Positions 61,664 through 64,000 of a stretch of DNA of 64,000 nucleotides are shown in pieces. Within the stretch, counting starts at the first letter, position 1. Every line of letters begins with the position of its first letter. Position numbers and translations under genes: made by a program. The notes beneath the pieces were generated by a model. It saw only the letters and a program-made list of their open reading frames with translations. It was not told the DNA's origin and ran no database searches. Source of the DNA: an uncultured delta proteobacterium (GTDB lineage: Bacteria > Desulfobacterota > Binatia > UBA9968); assembly GCA_963755715.1 (NCBI GenBank), contig CAVWLW010000033.1, forward strand, positions 192,001 through 256,000, in the 5' to 3' direction.

Positions 61664-63774
61664 ATGAATAAAAAAACTTTGCGCGCCACGATCAACTCCG
61701 ACTCGCCGCCGGACGCGGGCTTAAGCGCGCCGAGGCGCAAGAATTCTGCGACGCCTACGGTATTCCGACGCCGAAACAAGCGCTAGCGAAAACTGCAGCC
61801 GAAGCGGTGAAAATCGCTGCACGATTAGGGTTCCCCGTCGTCCTAAAAATTGTCTCGGACGATATTCTTCACAAAACCGAAGCGGGTGGCGTGATCGTTG
61901 GACTCAATAATGCAGCTGATGTTCGGCGCGCTTTCGATCGTCTCGTCAAAAACGCCAAGGGATACAAGAAAAACGCCAGCATCCAAGGTGTTCAGGTCCA
62001 ACAGATGCTCAAGGGCGGACAGGAAGTCCTGGTCGGCGCTGTGACGGATCCGAGTTTTGGCAAAATGATTGCGTTCGCTTTGGGCGGCGTACTGGTCGAA
62101 GTGATGAAAGACATCACGTTTCGCATGACGCCGGTCGGCAAGAAAGAGGCGCTCTCGATGCTGGATTCAATTGCCGCGGCGGAAGTGCTGCGCGGCGTGC
62201 GCGGCGCGAAAGGCGTGAGCCGCTCCGCGCTGGCCGATATCATCGCCAAAGTTTCCAAGATGGTAAACGATTTTCCCGAGATTCTCGAAGTCGACCTCAA
62301 TCCGATCTTCGCGACGGAGAAGGGCGCGCGCGCCGTCGATGTGCGTATCGTGATCGGCGATAAGCCGCAAACGCGCCAGCATTTCGATCAAAGCGCGATT
62401 CTCGCCGCCATGCAGCGTATCATGAACCCGCGCTCCGTCGCCGTAATCGGCGCTTCCGCCGAGGACGGCAAGATCGGCAACTCCGTGATGAAAAATCTCA
62501 TTAACGGCGGCTATCAGGGCGCGATCTATCCGATCCATCCGAAAGCTCAGGAGATCCTGGGGCGCAAGGCCTATCCGAGCGTGCTCGACGTCGCCGAGGA
62601 AATCGACGTCGCAGTGTTCGCGATACCGGCGAAATTTTGCGCCGCGGCGATGGATGAAGTGGGGCGGAAAAAAATTCCCGGCGCGGTCATGATTCCTTCC
62701 GGCTTCGCCGAGGTCGGCGAGCAGGCGCTGCAAGACGAGCTGCTCGGCGTCGCCCGCAAGCACAACGTGCGCATCATGGGGCCGAATATTTACGGATTTT
62801 ATTACACGCCGCAAAATCTCTGCGCGACTTTCTGCACTCCTTACGACGTCAAGGGCAAAGTCGCGCTCAGCTCGCAATCGGGCGGGGTCGGCATGTCGAT
62901 CATCGGCTTTTCGCGCACCACGCGCATGGGCGTGTCGGCGATCGTCGGATTAGGCAACAAATCGGACCTCGATGAAGACGATCTGCTGACCTATTTCGAG
63001 CAGGACGAAAACACTCAAGTCATCGCCATGCATTGCGAGGATTTAAAAGACGGCCGGTCTTTCGCCGAAGTAGCAAGCCGCGTTTCAAAAAAGAAACCCA
63101 TCGTCATGCTCAAGGCGGGCCGCACGGCGCTGGGCGCGCGCGCCGCGGCATCGCACACCGGCGCCTTGGCCGGCAACGACAAGATCTACGACGACGTGCT
63201 GCGCAATTGCGGCGTCATTCGGGCGAAGAGTTTAAACGATATGTTGCAGTTCGCGCGCGGCCTGCAAGTGCTGCCGACGCCGAAGGGAGAAAATATCGTG
63301 ATCATCACCGGAGCCGGCGGATCGGGCGTTCTCTTGTCGGATGCCTGCGTCGACAACGGCTTGTCGCTCATGAAAATGCCGCCGGACATGGACGCCGCGT
63401 TTCGCAAATTTATCCCGCCCTTCGGCGCCGCCGGCAATCCCGTCGACATCACCGGCGGCGAGCCGCCGACGACTTATGCGAACACGATTCGCTACGCGCT
63501 CGGCGAGCCGCGCATTCATTCGCTGATTCTCGGCTACTGGCACACGATCATCACGCCGCCGATGGTCTTCGCCAAACTTTGCGCCGAAGTTGTTCAAGAA
63601 GCGCGCGACAAAGGCATCGATAAACCGGTGGTAGCGTCACTCGTCGGCGACGTGCAGGTGGAAGAGGCGAGCGAGTATCTCTACGAGCGCGGCATCGTGG
63701 CTTATCCGTACACGACGGAGCTGCCGGTTGCGGTGCTCGGCGCGAAGTACAAATGGGCGCGCGGGGCGGGGTGA
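61664..63774 (+). CDS. ADP-forming acyl-CoA synthetase, ATP-grasp domain N-terminal (frameshift in first 150 nt)
   Basis: HKTEAGGV, DLNP, VAVIGAS, GPN, SQSGG, SHTGALAG, NPVD. Confidence 0.88.
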
Positions 63775-64000
63775 TGTAGATTAAGTTGTACAGTCGGAGG
63801 GTAATCAAAGTGATAGTTGTTCGATTGGTGGCCGTCAGGTAGTGAAGCGAAGGGTCGGCAGATTGACCCGCCAAGCTCAGTTTATCTAAGAGACTCTGCG
63901 ACCTTATTGTTTTTTCCACCCGAGCCACAAAGTTTCCATCGAGACATCGCTCAAGGACGCGAAAAGAGTTATTCATTATTCATGCTGGGGCGTTTAATTC

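Noticed and set aside
1135-63774. Frameshifts in about 12 genes read as programmed frameshifting or mass pseudogenisation
   Set aside because: They are scattered small indels in otherwise well-conserved genes, several at short homopolymers, with no shared slippery motif. Long-read consensus error is the simplest explanation; a read pileup would decide.

Overview
GC-rich bacterial chromosomal window. Gene content and style suggest a soil Deltaproteobacteria/Ca. Binatia-like organism (inference only). About a dozen genes carry frameshifts, most likely long-read consensus errors. 1-33 kb is mostly housekeeping and metabolism: nahE-like aldolase, sfsA, Mo-hydroxylase large subunit, pncA, gdh, efp, coaE, tRNA-Cys, carD-ispD, cysK-larE, degP, PBP1b plus TPR lipoprotein, tsaD-rsmA-mutM, SPFH-NfeD. 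33-49.7 kb is an accessory patchwork: membrane-anchored TIR gene pair, amidase, solute-binding proteins, a broken LysR, and LVIVD and MORN proteins. 49.8-63.8 kb is the most notable block, a co-oriented putative oxalate cluster: tctCBA, terC, a FadR regulator with a visible operator, an oxalate oxidoreductase-type three-gene set (YPIRP motif), an oxc-like ThDP enzyme, frc and an ADP-forming acyl-CoA ligase. Other candidates are a ferredoxin-TM-Hsp20-like fusion, two attenuator-like leaders (carD; DUF1844-degP) and an EF-P with Asn at the loop tip. All calls come from motif recognition by eye; no database search was run.
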